Shown in pieces: positions 56,247 through 64,000 of a stretch of 64,000 nucleotides of DNA. This stretch comes from a virus. Under the pieces are notes generated by a model. That model was not told the DNA's origin and did no database searches. It saw only the letters and a program-made list of their open reading frames with translations. Within the stretch, counting starts at the first letter, position 1. Each line of letters starts with the position of its first letter. The DNA is taken from the UHGV virus genome UHGV-1363143. One strand, given 5' to 3'. Both the position numbers and the translations under genes were made by a program.

Positions 56247-56567
56247 TTAATCATATAAATCGTCTAAACTTTCAATACCATCATCTAAATTTGGTATAAC
56301 ATCTTCTATATCATCCTCTGTTCCTATATATCTACCTTGTAAATAGTAATGGTTCGCTGGGCCTTCTTGTACTCCAAGCTCTTCTAATAAGCATGCACAG
56401 CAAAAATACTTTTCTTTGAAAAGATAATCTGAACCGTGCCCATTACATCCGCAACACTTGAAAGAATGTAAATGACATATATTTTTTTCTGGTTTTTTAG
56501 TTTTAAAGACGCATTCCCATTCATTTCTATTATTATTATGAGAACAATTTTCACAACTTTTTAACAT
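56247..56567 (-). CDS. Cys-rich small protein
   Basis: 106-aa ORF with CENCSH...CHLHSFKCCGCNGHG...CCAC. Confidence 0.45.
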   Translation of the reverse strand: MLKSCENCSHNNNRNEWECVFKTKKPEKNICHLHSFKCCGCNGHGSDYLFKEKYFCCACLLEELGVQEGPANHYYLQGRYIGTEDDIEDVIPNLDDGIESLDDLYD

Positions 56568-56681
56568 TCTAATTCCTCCGAATTAATCTAATATATTTGT
56601 TTTAAAAATATTGCAAATTACACTTCTTTATTTAAATTATGTAAATTAAGAAATAAAGAATACTGAAGTACAAGGGAAATA

Positions 56682-56957
56682 TTAAGCAACTTCTCTTGTA
56701 TCAATATTCTTCCACTTATTCTTATTACTAAAGCCACCACGTAGATGACGAATACTTTTATTGTAATCTAAGATTATTCTGGCTCCTTTAGCCATTGTTG
56801 GATTAATTGATTTAATCCTTTGAGTTAAATCTCTATGTACTGTACTTGTGCTCACTCCAAAGTACTTAGCAACAGTTCTAAGAGTTGACTCTGAACTAAT
56901 CATAAATTCAGCCTCAGCTCTAACTCTTTTTTCTATTCTTTCTTGTAATTTACTCAT
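56682..56957 (-). CDS. spoIIID: SpoIIID-like sporulation transcriptional regulator homologue
   Basis: VAKYFGVSTSTVHRDLTQRIKSINPTMAKGARIILDYNKSIRHLRGG is collinear with B. subtilis SpoIIID (FGVSKSTVHKDLTERL...ILDYHKSIRHLRGG). Confidence 0.7.
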   Translation of the reverse strand: MSKLQERIEKRVRAEAEFMISSESTLRTVAKYFGVSTSTVHRDLTQRIKSINPTMAKGARIILDYNKSIRHLRGGFSNKNKWKNIDTREVA

Positions 56958-57000
56958 ATATAAAACATCACCTTTCTTATAAAAAATAAAAACCTCTAGA

Positions 57001-57480
57001 TTAGTCTTCTAGAGGCACGTATATGTTATATTTAAAATCTTTTGGTATAGTTCTGTTTACTAATTTACTTTCAAATTTAGAAGAACAATAAATTTTACAT
57101 GAAAGGACTTTGTTCATTTCTGTGTCATAACTGCTATAAGTTTTTATCGCAATGTTAAGCTCTCGTATTTTATCTGCAAATTCCTTTCCTTCATTAAAAC
57201 TATTTGCTGTAACATCAAATATCCATAGCTTATCTCTTTCAGATTTTTTGATAAGTATTCCTGGTAAATAAGTACCTATAAATGTTGCTACACACATAGC
57301 TATAATACTTTCTAAACTATTATTTTTAGTAAGTTGTACTATAGCAACTAGATAGAAAAATGTAGAGAATGCACTAAGCAATGCTCCTAAGAAATATCTT
57401 TCCTTATTGATATAAATAGTCTTAGCTGTACTAAGTCCATTATCAAGGATCTTCAATATAAATGCTATTAATGGTGCCAT
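57001..57480 (-). CDS. membrane protein (2-3 TM plus cytosolic domain)
   Basis: 159-aa ORF. Confidence 0.45.
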   Translation of the reverse strand: MAPLIAFILKILDNGLSTAKTIYINKERYFLGALLSAFSTFFYLVAIVQLTKNNSLESIIAMCVATFIGTYLPGILIKKSERDKLWIFDVTANSFNEGKEFADKIRELNIAIKTYSSYDTEMNKVLSCKIYCSSKFESKLVNRTIPKDFKYNIYVPLED

Positions 57481-57483
57481 AAA

Positions 57484-58083
57484 TTAAAACTCCCTTTGTG
57501 CAAATTGTAATTTATGTTTATAATAAAGACTTCTCATGATTAGAGCAGTCTTAATTGAAACCATGTTTTCATCAATAAATTTTAATGCATCATTCATTTT
57601 AATTACTATAGGCTCTATATCTTCATGGCCTTCATTATGTTCTGTAGAGATCTCTCCAGTTACATTTGCAATATAAACCGCGCATGATTCATCACTCATA
57701 CCTACAGATGTATAGCTTGGCTTAAGTATTTGTTCTATACAATAACAAGATAAACCAACTTCTTCATAAAGTTCTCTTTTAACTGCAGCATTAGTTGATT
57801 CACCTACATCTACTAATCCAGCAGGAAATTCATAAATATAGTCATCTATCGCTGGTCTATACTGCTTTATCAACACAAGGTCTGAATTATCGAATATAGG
57901 CACTATAAGTACTGCATCAGCCTTATTATGGTCTTTAGATATACATGATAGTCTTCCTTTATTTTTCCTTCTTGAAGCGACATAATAAGGGTATATATCT
58001 CCTGTTTGATCATTAGTAACTTCTATGTTATATAAATTAAGAAAGTTATTATCTGTTATTTTTTTTACTCTATTTACTGACAT
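57484..58083 (-). CDS. NUDIX hydrolase (ADP-ribose pyrophosphatase-like)
   Basis: Nudix box GLVDVGESTNAAVKRELYEEVGL. The start is set at the internal ATG 58083, which has an AAGGAG RBS. The upstream extension overlaps ORF 58112..58339. Confidence 0.65.
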   Translation of the reverse strand: MSVNRVKKITDNNFLNLYNIEVTNDQTGDIYPYYVASRRKNKGRLSCISKDHNKADAVLIVPIFDNSDLVLIKQYRPAIDDYIYEFPAGLVDVGESTNAAVKRELYEEVGLSCYCIEQILKPSYTSVGMSDESCAVYIANVTGEISTEHNEGHEDIEPIVIKMNDALKFIDENMVSIKTALIMRSLYYKHKLQFAQREF

Positions 58084-58111
58084 GTTAATTGCTCCTTTAG
58101 AGCCAGCGGCC

Positions 58112-58339
58112 CTATAGCTGAATACTATTTTTGGCCGCAATAGCTTCTTCTTTTGAATTATATAGATTGTCCCAATCAATATTGTAGTAATTAGACCATG
58201 GCCCAATCTCTACATGCATTCCAGGACATTCTCCCATTTCTGTTGTAGCTAAAACGTCTTTAGCTTTTTCAACAGTTAAATCTGTAAAATCAAATGTAGT
58301 AACTTCTCCACATTTTTTACATTTACCTAATACGTACAT
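58112..58339 (-). CDS. small zinc-ribbon protein
   Basis: 75-aa ORF with CKKCGEV...ECPG. Confidence 0.4.
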   Translation of the reverse strand: MYVLGKCKKCGEVTTFDFTDLTVEKAKDVLATTEMGECPGMHVEIGPWSNYYNIDWDNLYNSKEEAIAAKNSIQL

Positions 58340-58366
58340 AACTAATCTCCTTGTCTACAAGTATTT

Positions 58367-58744
58367 TTACAATCTTTTAGTTGCTCTAACTAAATTACTA
58401 TATGTCCAAGGCTGTTTTTCTTCTTGATAGCTTATACTTAATTCTTGGCTACATTTAATACATAAACAGCCTTCTCTATTCCAAGGTTTTTGAGAGATGT
58501 TCGCTCCGCATCTCTCACAACCTAATTCTGCAGATGCATATTTTCGGCCCATTTTTATATATTTTCTATTTTGTTTATTGCCAACTAAAACTAATGAATC
58601 AGTTGTGATGGTAGAGAATGTTCCTTTATCCATATCCCAAGGATAGTTCTTTTTAATTAATAAATTTCTAAGACTGAATATATTTATTCTAGCTCTAGGA
58701 TTACTAAATATCATATCTTGGGTTAGATCCACATTGCTTTTCAT
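58367..58744 (-). CDS. hypothetical Cys-rich protein
   Basis: 125-aa ORF with CERCGAN...CLCIKC. Confidence 0.45.
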   Translation of the reverse strand: MKSNVDLTQDMIFSNPRARINIFSLRNLLIKKNYPWDMDKGTFSTITTDSLVLVGNKQNRKYIKMGRKYASAELGCERCGANISQKPWNREGCLCIKCSQELSISYQEEKQPWTYSNLVRATKRL

Positions 58745-59511
58745 TACTTTTTACATTTTAAAAAGCTCTTAACTTTTTTAAAAAAGCTCTTATTTTCCTG
58801 AGTATTTATATTAATAGTTCCTCCTCTAAGAGTAAAGTTATTATTTGATTCATCAAGATTAGCAAGTTGAGCCTTCAATTCTTCTATTGTTTCAGGAGTT
58901 GATATATGTACATCTATAGCCTTCTTTCTCTTGACTTTCATTTCATTAACAAGTTTATCAAGAGTTAAATCGCAATATTCATCTTCCCAATCTCCTAATA
59001 CATAGAACCTATCTACAATACTTCCAGTCTTTTTATCTTGGAATGTTCCAAATAGTATTGGATCCTTTTCTCTTCTTTCCTTCTCTATTTGCTTTTCTAT
59101 CTTTCCTGTGTAGTCAGTAAAGATAATATATAGTTGATCGAACTTATCTTTAGTGGCTTCAATAACATCAACTATTTCATCTGGAATTTCTCTTTCATAG
59201 TTCTCTAATTCGATTATCTTCACAACGTCATTTGCTACATTATCAATATAATCTTCTATATCATCCTTATAGATGAATGTATTAATACCTAATGAAACAA
59301 TTTCTCTTTCCTTTTCGATTGTTTCTAAGTGAAACATTAATTTCTTAGCACCTTTAACTTGTCCAGTTGTTACATACTTTTTCATTAATGTAAGACAATT
59401 AGAATATATTTTCTTTAACTCATCATCTGTTATTTCAGATTTTTTAGTTTTTAATAATTCAAAATACTCTTTTGGTGTTATTTCTTTTGTACCATTATTT
59501 TTGCTACTCAT
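58744..59511 (-). CDS. hypothetical protein
   Basis: 255-aa ORF. Confidence 0.5.
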   Translation of the reverse strand: MSSKNNGTKEITPKEYFELLKTKKSEITDDELKKIYSNCLTLMKKYVTTGQVKGAKKLMFHLETIEKEREIVSLGINTFIYKDDIEDYIDNVANDVVKIIELENYEREIPDEIVDVIEATKDKFDQLYIIFTDYTGKIEKQIEKERREKDPILFGTFQDKKTGSIVDRFYVLGDWEDEYCDLTLDKLVNEMKVKRKKAIDVHISTPETIEELKAQLANLDESNNNFTLRGGTININTQENKSFFKKVKSFLKCKK

Positions 59512-59589
59512 CGTATTTTCTCTCCTTTTGTATTGTCCATAAATATATTATGCTCATTACACAAAAAAGCATAATGAGCACAACATTTT

Positions 59590-59853
59590 TTAATATTCAT
59601 TTGGGAGTAGGATTTTAGTATGACGATCTGCGAATTCTGTTATGATATAAAATTTAACACCTTCTCTATCTATATATACACTGAATACATTATCAGTTTT
59701 GTTAGAGATAGCTTCGTTATTCATATTAATGGACTCTTGATCTATCAAACCAAAATCTCCTTTTCTATGATTTTCTAATGATGTCATAACATCATCTTTG
59801 TTTAAGGTGGTATTAGCACCTGGAGTAATTAGTATAGAGCCTAATTTAAACAT
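59590..59853 (-). CDS. hypothetical protein
   Basis: 87-aa ORF. Confidence 0.4.
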   Translation of the reverse strand: MFKLGSILITPGANTTLNKDDVMTSLENHRKGDFGLIDQESINMNNEAISNKTDNVFSVYIDREGVKFYIITEFADRHTKILLPNEY

Positions 59854-59983
59854 AATGATTCCTCCTAGATTGTTTTCTCCATAGTCTTTACTATGGCTAT
59901 TAAAAACATCATAACTATAACGAATATTATTACAGTTATTTTTTCTTGAGGACTTTTATTTCTTATATGCTCCATAGATCCTC

Positions 59984-60400
59984 CTAAGCCTTAAGATTAT
60001 CTCTTACTCTCATAAGAATTTTACCTAACTTATTTTGACCTATACCAGCACATACGCCCCAGTATCTATCATTCCATGTGTTGCCTTCAATAAGTTCAGC
60101 GTCACCTGTATCTAATAGCCGTTTGGCCAGCACAGGATTTTGTTCGAACTTAGCCTGTACTATTTCGTACATAATGCCATCTTTTACTTCTTCCCAGTCT
60201 TTTCTTAAAAGAACTCTTCTACCTAATCTCTTAGCATCGCTAGGATTTAAGTCTGCAAATTCTTTTCTACCTTCCCCAAATATTTTTTGAGCATGAAAAG
60301 CAGCTTCTGCATTTTTGTACGTTATATTTTTAAAAGTAATATCTGAATTATAGAAATTACTTAAAAAACGATATTTACCATTAAATGATGCTATTATCAT
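59984..60400 (-). CDS. NADAR-family (YbiA/DUF1768-like) ADP-ribose-processing protein
   Basis: FLSNFYNSDITFKNITYKNAEAAFHAQKI...AKRLGRRVLLRKDWEEVKDGIMYEIVQAKFEQNPVLAKRLLDTGDAELIEGNTWNDRYWG matches the NADAR pattern. Confidence 0.65.
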   Translation of the reverse strand: MIIASFNGKYRFLSNFYNSDITFKNITYKNAEAAFHAQKIFGEGRKEFADLNPSDAKRLGRRVLLRKDWEEVKDGIMYEIVQAKFEQNPVLAKRLLDTGDAELIEGNTWNDRYWGVCAGIGQNKLGKILMRVRDNLKA

Positions 60401-60868
60401 CTAATTGCCTCCTTCGTATTTATATAATGTTATGTGCACTGGCCAGAGAGGATTGTCAAAATATTCTTCAATCAATCTGTATACTTCTGACCAGTTAGCT
60501 CCGCCTCGTCCACATCCTATTCCATAAGGCATAGCAATCGAATAATTATGTCGAATTGCATAATCTCTTAACTTCATAAAACATGTTTCTAAGGCTTCTA
60601 TGTTTGTATATTGTTTGTCCCATCCATAAGAGTCTTGTCCAAATATATTACATATAACTTTGCCATTAGTCATAGTTAACATTTGTATTTTGCCAAGCAA
60701 TTCTGATCCCATAGTTTTGCAATACTTTTCGTAATTAGGGAATATTGATGGATAAGTTTCTCTAAGTTCTTTTGCTACACCTGAACCCATTACACCTTTA
60801 CAGTTAACTTGATGGGCGATAATATTCTCTGTAGCTTTAACTACATTTCCTTCAATAATATTAATCAT
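60401..60868 (-). CDS. Macro-domain protein (ADP-ribose binding/hydrolase fold)
   Basis: IIEGNVVKATENIIAHQVNCKGVMGSGVAKEL has a macro-domain-like N-terminus. The start is set at the internal MINII. The track alternative begins at 60937. Confidence 0.6.
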   Translation of the reverse strand: MINIIEGNVVKATENIIAHQVNCKGVMGSGVAKELRETYPSIFPNYEKYCKTMGSELLGKIQMLTMTNGKVICNIFGQDSYGWDKQYTNIEALETCFMKLRDYAIRHNYSIAMPYGIGCGRGGANWSEVYRLIEEYFDNPLWPVHITLYKYEGGN

Positions 60869-61049
60869 CTTCTTTTTCCTTTTCTGTTTCCTGTTTATCA
60901 GTTTCTGGTTGGCAAGCTCTACACCTACCCATATCATCTAAATTTTTGTTATTACAAAATCTAGAACAACATTTACATCGTGTAAGCATAATTCCTCCTA
61001 TAATATATATTATGTTATATATTCAATTAGAAACTATAATAGAAAAATA

Positions 61050-62108
61050 TTATTTATCATTTTCGTCTGCTCTTTCTAATTGAAGTAATAAATCATCAAT
61101 AGTAACACTTTCTCTATTGCACATAGCTACTGCTACTTTCAATGCTTTGTTCCATTCTTCTTTAGTTTCTATACAATCTATCTTACTCTTTTGCTTTCTT
61201 TCATATACGCTTAAAGAGTATCTTCTACCAGATAAATCTATATCATAATCATTTCTTAATATTGTATATAATTGTTTATAACATAAGTAAGGTGTATTAA
61301 AGTTCTTTTTTTCAGCTATTCTAATCATCATTGATATGATTACTCTTCTATATGTTTCAACAGTAGCAACAGTAGATATTTCTTCTGATAATGCTTTATT
61401 AGTTAATCTTAAACTATCAACTAAGTCGCCCATCTCTGCAATAGATTCTTTAAGTTCAAAGTTCTCTTTTTCAAGAGCTTTAAATGCTTCTTCACTATAT
61501 CTATTGTTGTATGATTTAAGGTCTTGCATAGCTTTTACGAATCCATCTATATCATTATTCATAAACGCTGCGCCTACTACTCTTTGTAATAGTTCCATTT
61601 CCTTATCTACTTCAGCTACTTTAACTTCTGGAGCAACTTTTTCTTCTATGTTAAGTAATTGAGTTCTTACCTCCATAGCAATATCACTATCTCTAAGTAA
61701 CATTCCTACTCTAAGAATAGCTCTTCTAGTAAATAATAAGTTTTTACCATTACCTACATTAATTGATGATCCATTGCCTAAAGGTATTTCTATATGAGAT
61801 TTATGTTTAACAACGCCGTTGTCATTTTGACAATATCGTTCAAGTACTTCTTTTCTAGATAGTACAATCATTCCATCGCTTTCTAATTCTGCTCTATGTC
61901 TCTTAACTACATTAGTCTTTATATTAGTAACATCTACTTCATAGAAGTCTGCTACTCCTTGAGCTGTAGTGAACTGCATTCCAGGTATAAGTAATAATTG
62001 TTTAACTTTATCCAATACTTCTACTCTGTTTATAAGTTCCTCTCTAACTCTTACATTCATTAATATTTCTTCAGGATCTTTTTTGTTTTTCATATATAAT
62101 GCCTCCAT
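61050..62108 (-). CDS. ORF6N-domain phage antirepressor/regulatory-like protein with coiled-coil C-terminus
   Basis: FTTAQGVADFYEVDVTNIKTNVVKRHRAELESDGMIVL resembles the ORF6N/KilA-type DNA-binding domain. Confidence 0.45.
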   Translation of the reverse strand: MEALYMKNKKDPEEILMNVRVREELINRVEVLDKVKQLLLIPGMQFTTAQGVADFYEVDVTNIKTNVVKRHRAELESDGMIVLSRKEVLERYCQNDNGVVKHKSHIEIPLGNGSSINVGNGKNLLFTRRAILRVGMLLRDSDIAMEVRTQLLNIEEKVAPEVKVAEVDKEMELLQRVVGAAFMNNDIDGFVKAMQDLKSYNNRYSEEAFKALEKENFELKESIAEMGDLVDSLRLTNKALSEEISTVATVETYRRVIISMMIRIAEKKNFNTPYLCYKQLYTILRNDYDIDLSGRRYSLSVYERKQKSKIDCIETKEEWNKALKVAVAMCNRESVTIDDLLLQLERADENDK

Positions 62109-62111
62109 TCA

Positions 62112-62142
62112 TAAATAAAAGCAGTGACCTTTCGGCCACCGC
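62112..62142 (-). terminator. rho-independent terminator (9-bp stem with GAAA tetraloop then U-run)
   Basis: GCGGUGGCC-GAAA-GGUCACUGC followed by UUUUAUUUAU on the minus strand, directly after the stop of 62149..62712. Confidence 0.6.
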
Positions 62143-62148
62143 TTAAAA

Positions 62149-62712
62149 TTATTGTAATGATTCTAATTCTTGTTCTAATTTATTTATTTCATTAGCTAAT
62201 TGAGTTTTTCTAAATTCTGTTTCTTGATCTATATTACTAAGAGCATTTTTCTTAAATTCAAGACTCTTTTTAAGTTGAGCAATATTCTTTTCCTTTTCAG
62301 AAGTATTTAATTCAGTTAATAGCTCTTCTAACGCTTCTGTCATCTCTTTCTTTATATCTTTATACATATCTTTACAGCTATGACTATAACTATATTCATC
62401 CGCAACATCGGACCAAGGCTTTTCGCACATTCCATAAAATCCGTCCCAAATGATATCTATGTACATTTTCTTGATTTCATCAATGTTCTTATCTTTAATA
62501 GCTTTTAATTCTATCTTAGCAATAAATGACTTTGCTCTATCATTAAGCTTAATTATATATTTTTGCTCTAATCCTTCTGAGCGTGAATCTAAGTAGTTAA
62601 AATAGTTATCTATGCAATTCTCCATAGGTAAGTTTGCTACTTTCTCCTTTAAGATGTTACTGTCGTTTATAAACATTTTATCTATTTCCATATCAATCGT
62701 CTCCTTACGCAC
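62149..62712 (-). CDS. hypothetical protein
   Basis: 187-aa ORF. Confidence 0.45.
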   Translation of the reverse strand: MRKETIDMEIDKMFINDSNILKEKVANLPMENCIDNYFNYLDSRSEGLEQKYIIKLNDRAKSFIAKIELKAIKDKNIDEIKKMYIDIIWDGFYGMCEKPWSDVADEYSYSHSCKDMYKDIKKEMTEALEELLTELNTSEKEKNIAQLKKSLEFKKNALSNIDQETEFRKTQLANEINKLEQELESLQ

Positions 62713-62947
62713 TCATTTTAAAATCATATATTTCATTAACTTCTTTATTGAATTCTTCAAAAGTATTATAGTATTCTGATTCTATGATTGTGGTCTTACT
62801 TAGATAGCAATCTTCTTCCATAGGTTCTTTAACTATTATACAATCTGGATATAAATAAAGAGCATACTTTTTTCTATAAGCATGCTCTATTGCCTTTGAT
62901 AATCCTTCTTTGTCTTTTTTATATTGTTTATATATCGCCTTTGTCAT
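62705..62947 (-). CDS. hypothetical protein
   Basis: 80-aa ORF. Confidence 0.4.
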   Translation of the reverse strand: MTKAIYKQYKKDKEGLSKAIEHAYRKKYALYLYPDCIIVKEPMEEDCYLSKTTIIESEYYNTFEEFNKEVNEIYDFKMSA

Positions 62948-63287
62948 AAGGTACCTCCATATTTTCTATTTTATCTTTTACTAAAGCCGATGCATCATCA
63001 ATCATCTTATCTAATGATTCTATTTGCTTAATTGCTTTAAAAACCTTGTATGCAGTGAAACTTAGTGATGATAGAATAAGAACCATCTTTATTACATCAG
63101 GTAACATTATAGCTACAGCAGTAACCAATAAATTAAATGTAGTAACTATTTGAGTCTTAGTAGCAAGTCTCCTTCTTTTTTCGGTCAATGAATCTATTTT
63201 AATTTCCAATAGCTTTATTTCATTGATAGTAGATATAGTTTTTTTAAAGTTTTTAAGATTAAGTTCTACTCTATCATATATGTTCAT
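62928..63287 (-). CDS. hypothetical protein with one TM segment
   Basis: 119-aa ORF. Confidence 0.4.
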   Translation of the reverse strand: MNIYDRVELNLKNFKKTISTINEIKLLEIKIDSLTEKRRRLATKTQIVTTFNLLVTAVAIMLPDVIKMVLILSSLSFTAYKVFKAIKQIESLDKMIDDASALVKDKIENMEVPYDKGDI

Positions 63288-63369
63288 GTCTTGTCCTCCT
63301 ATAAAAATGGCATATTTACCGCACCCTCTATATTATATATAATAGAGCGTGCGCTATTTCCGCCATTTT

Positions 63370-63663
63370 CTATATATCTTTAATGTTAAATTCTTGGTCA
63401 TAGAAAGTATAGTTTCTTTCACTGTTTAATATCAATGGTAAGAATACATCTAACTCATCTTCACTTAGCATAGCATTTAATGTATCTTCTACTACACTAG
63501 GTTTAATTAATGCCAATACATCTTCCATGTCTTGTACATCACCTATGTATGATGATAGTCCATCACAGTGTATGTATAATGATATACGTTCTTCTCCGGC
63601 GGGAGTAAAGTCCTTCTTTAAATTCTGTTCTTTTCTTAAACTAAATCTAACACGATTAGCCAT
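63370..63663 (-). CDS. hypothetical protein
   Basis: 97-aa ORF. Confidence 0.4.
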   Translation of the reverse strand: MANRVRFSLRKEQNLKKDFTPAGEERISLYIHCDGLSSYIGDVQDMEDVLALIKPSVVEDTLNAMLSEDELDVFLPLILNSERNYTFYDQEFNIKDI

Positions 63664-63973
63664 TATATGTTCCTCCTCTATCTATAACTAGTAGTGACTT
63701 ATTATATATTATGTTAATTGCTCTTTCGCAATCTACTTCTGTATCAAAGCATAAGCCTATACCCTTATAGTATTTGGCTTTTAATATATGCTTCATAAGA
63801 TAAGTGAAATCTTTGCTGGTCATATTTAATGCCTTTGCTATATGACTATCATGAATGTAGATCCATCCATCAGTCCTTCTCTTTTTAGCTAATTGCTTGT
63901 CTCTTTTTTCATAATCATACATCTTCAATCTATATACTCTCTCAAATGTATGTAAGTCTTTATATATAGGCAA
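63656..63973 (-). CDS. hypothetical protein
   Basis: 105-aa ORF near the window edge. Confidence 0.4.
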   Translation of the reverse strand: MPIYKDLHTFERVYRLKMYDYEKRDKQLAKKRRTDGWIYIHDSHIAKALNMTSKDFTYLMKHILKAKYYKGIGLCFDTEVDCERAINIIYNKSLLVIDRGGTYNG

Positions 63974-64000
63974 TACTACTAAAGCCTTTTTCTTTTTAAA

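Noticed and set aside
63316-63355. 12-bp imperfect inverted repeat between genes 62928..63287 and 63370..63663
   Set aside because: No U-run directly follows on either strand. It could be an operator site, but the evidence is too weak to call.

Overview
This is a low-GC (about 28%) window that looks like part of a large Firmicutes phage or phage-plasmid. The host is probably a spore-forming clostridial or bacillus-type bacterium, because the window carries a SpoIIID homologue. The following are all calls from motifs read by eye; no similarity search was run. Positions 1-42800 are almost entirely minus-strand genes for DNA metabolism and replication. These include an SNF2 helicase, a sigma-like factor, and a UvrD/PcrA helicase split by an ORF-less group I intron. 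There are also an AAA+ ATPase, NrdG, a Rad52-like annealase, thymidylate kinase, a family-4 UDG, a Sak4-like ATPase, RecA/UvsX, GyrA-like and GyrB-like topoisomerase subunits, and two SSB-like proteins. The same block carries ClpX, ClpP, an SPFH protein, peptide deformylase and a PAPS-reductase/DUF3440-like protein. An NAD-salvage pair (PnuC plus an NadR-like NMNAT, truncated by the window edge) sits at the 5' edge. Positions 35.9-39.75 kb are a GC-richer RNA island with about 14 minus-strand tRNA or tRNA-like genes, several of them structurally aberrant. Two large ORF-free structured spacers of about 0.8 kb and 1.0 kb lie inside this island. Positions 42.9-49.9 kb form a plus-strand plasmid-like module. 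It contains an actin-like ParM/StbA ATPase with a small downstream gene, a 330-bp iteron array, an HTH candidate initiator, and a ParA with a ParB/ParG-like partner. Positions 49.9-64 kb return to the minus strand. This stretch carries a DHH-DHHA1 phosphoesterase, a DUF2493-like SLOG protein, RNase H1 with a hybrid-binding domain, DUF488, several small Cys-rich proteins, and a SpoIIID-like regulator. It also carries a NUDIX hydrolase, a NADAR plus Macro-domain pair, and an ORF6N antirepressor-like protein. No CRISPR array, integrase or rRNA was seen.
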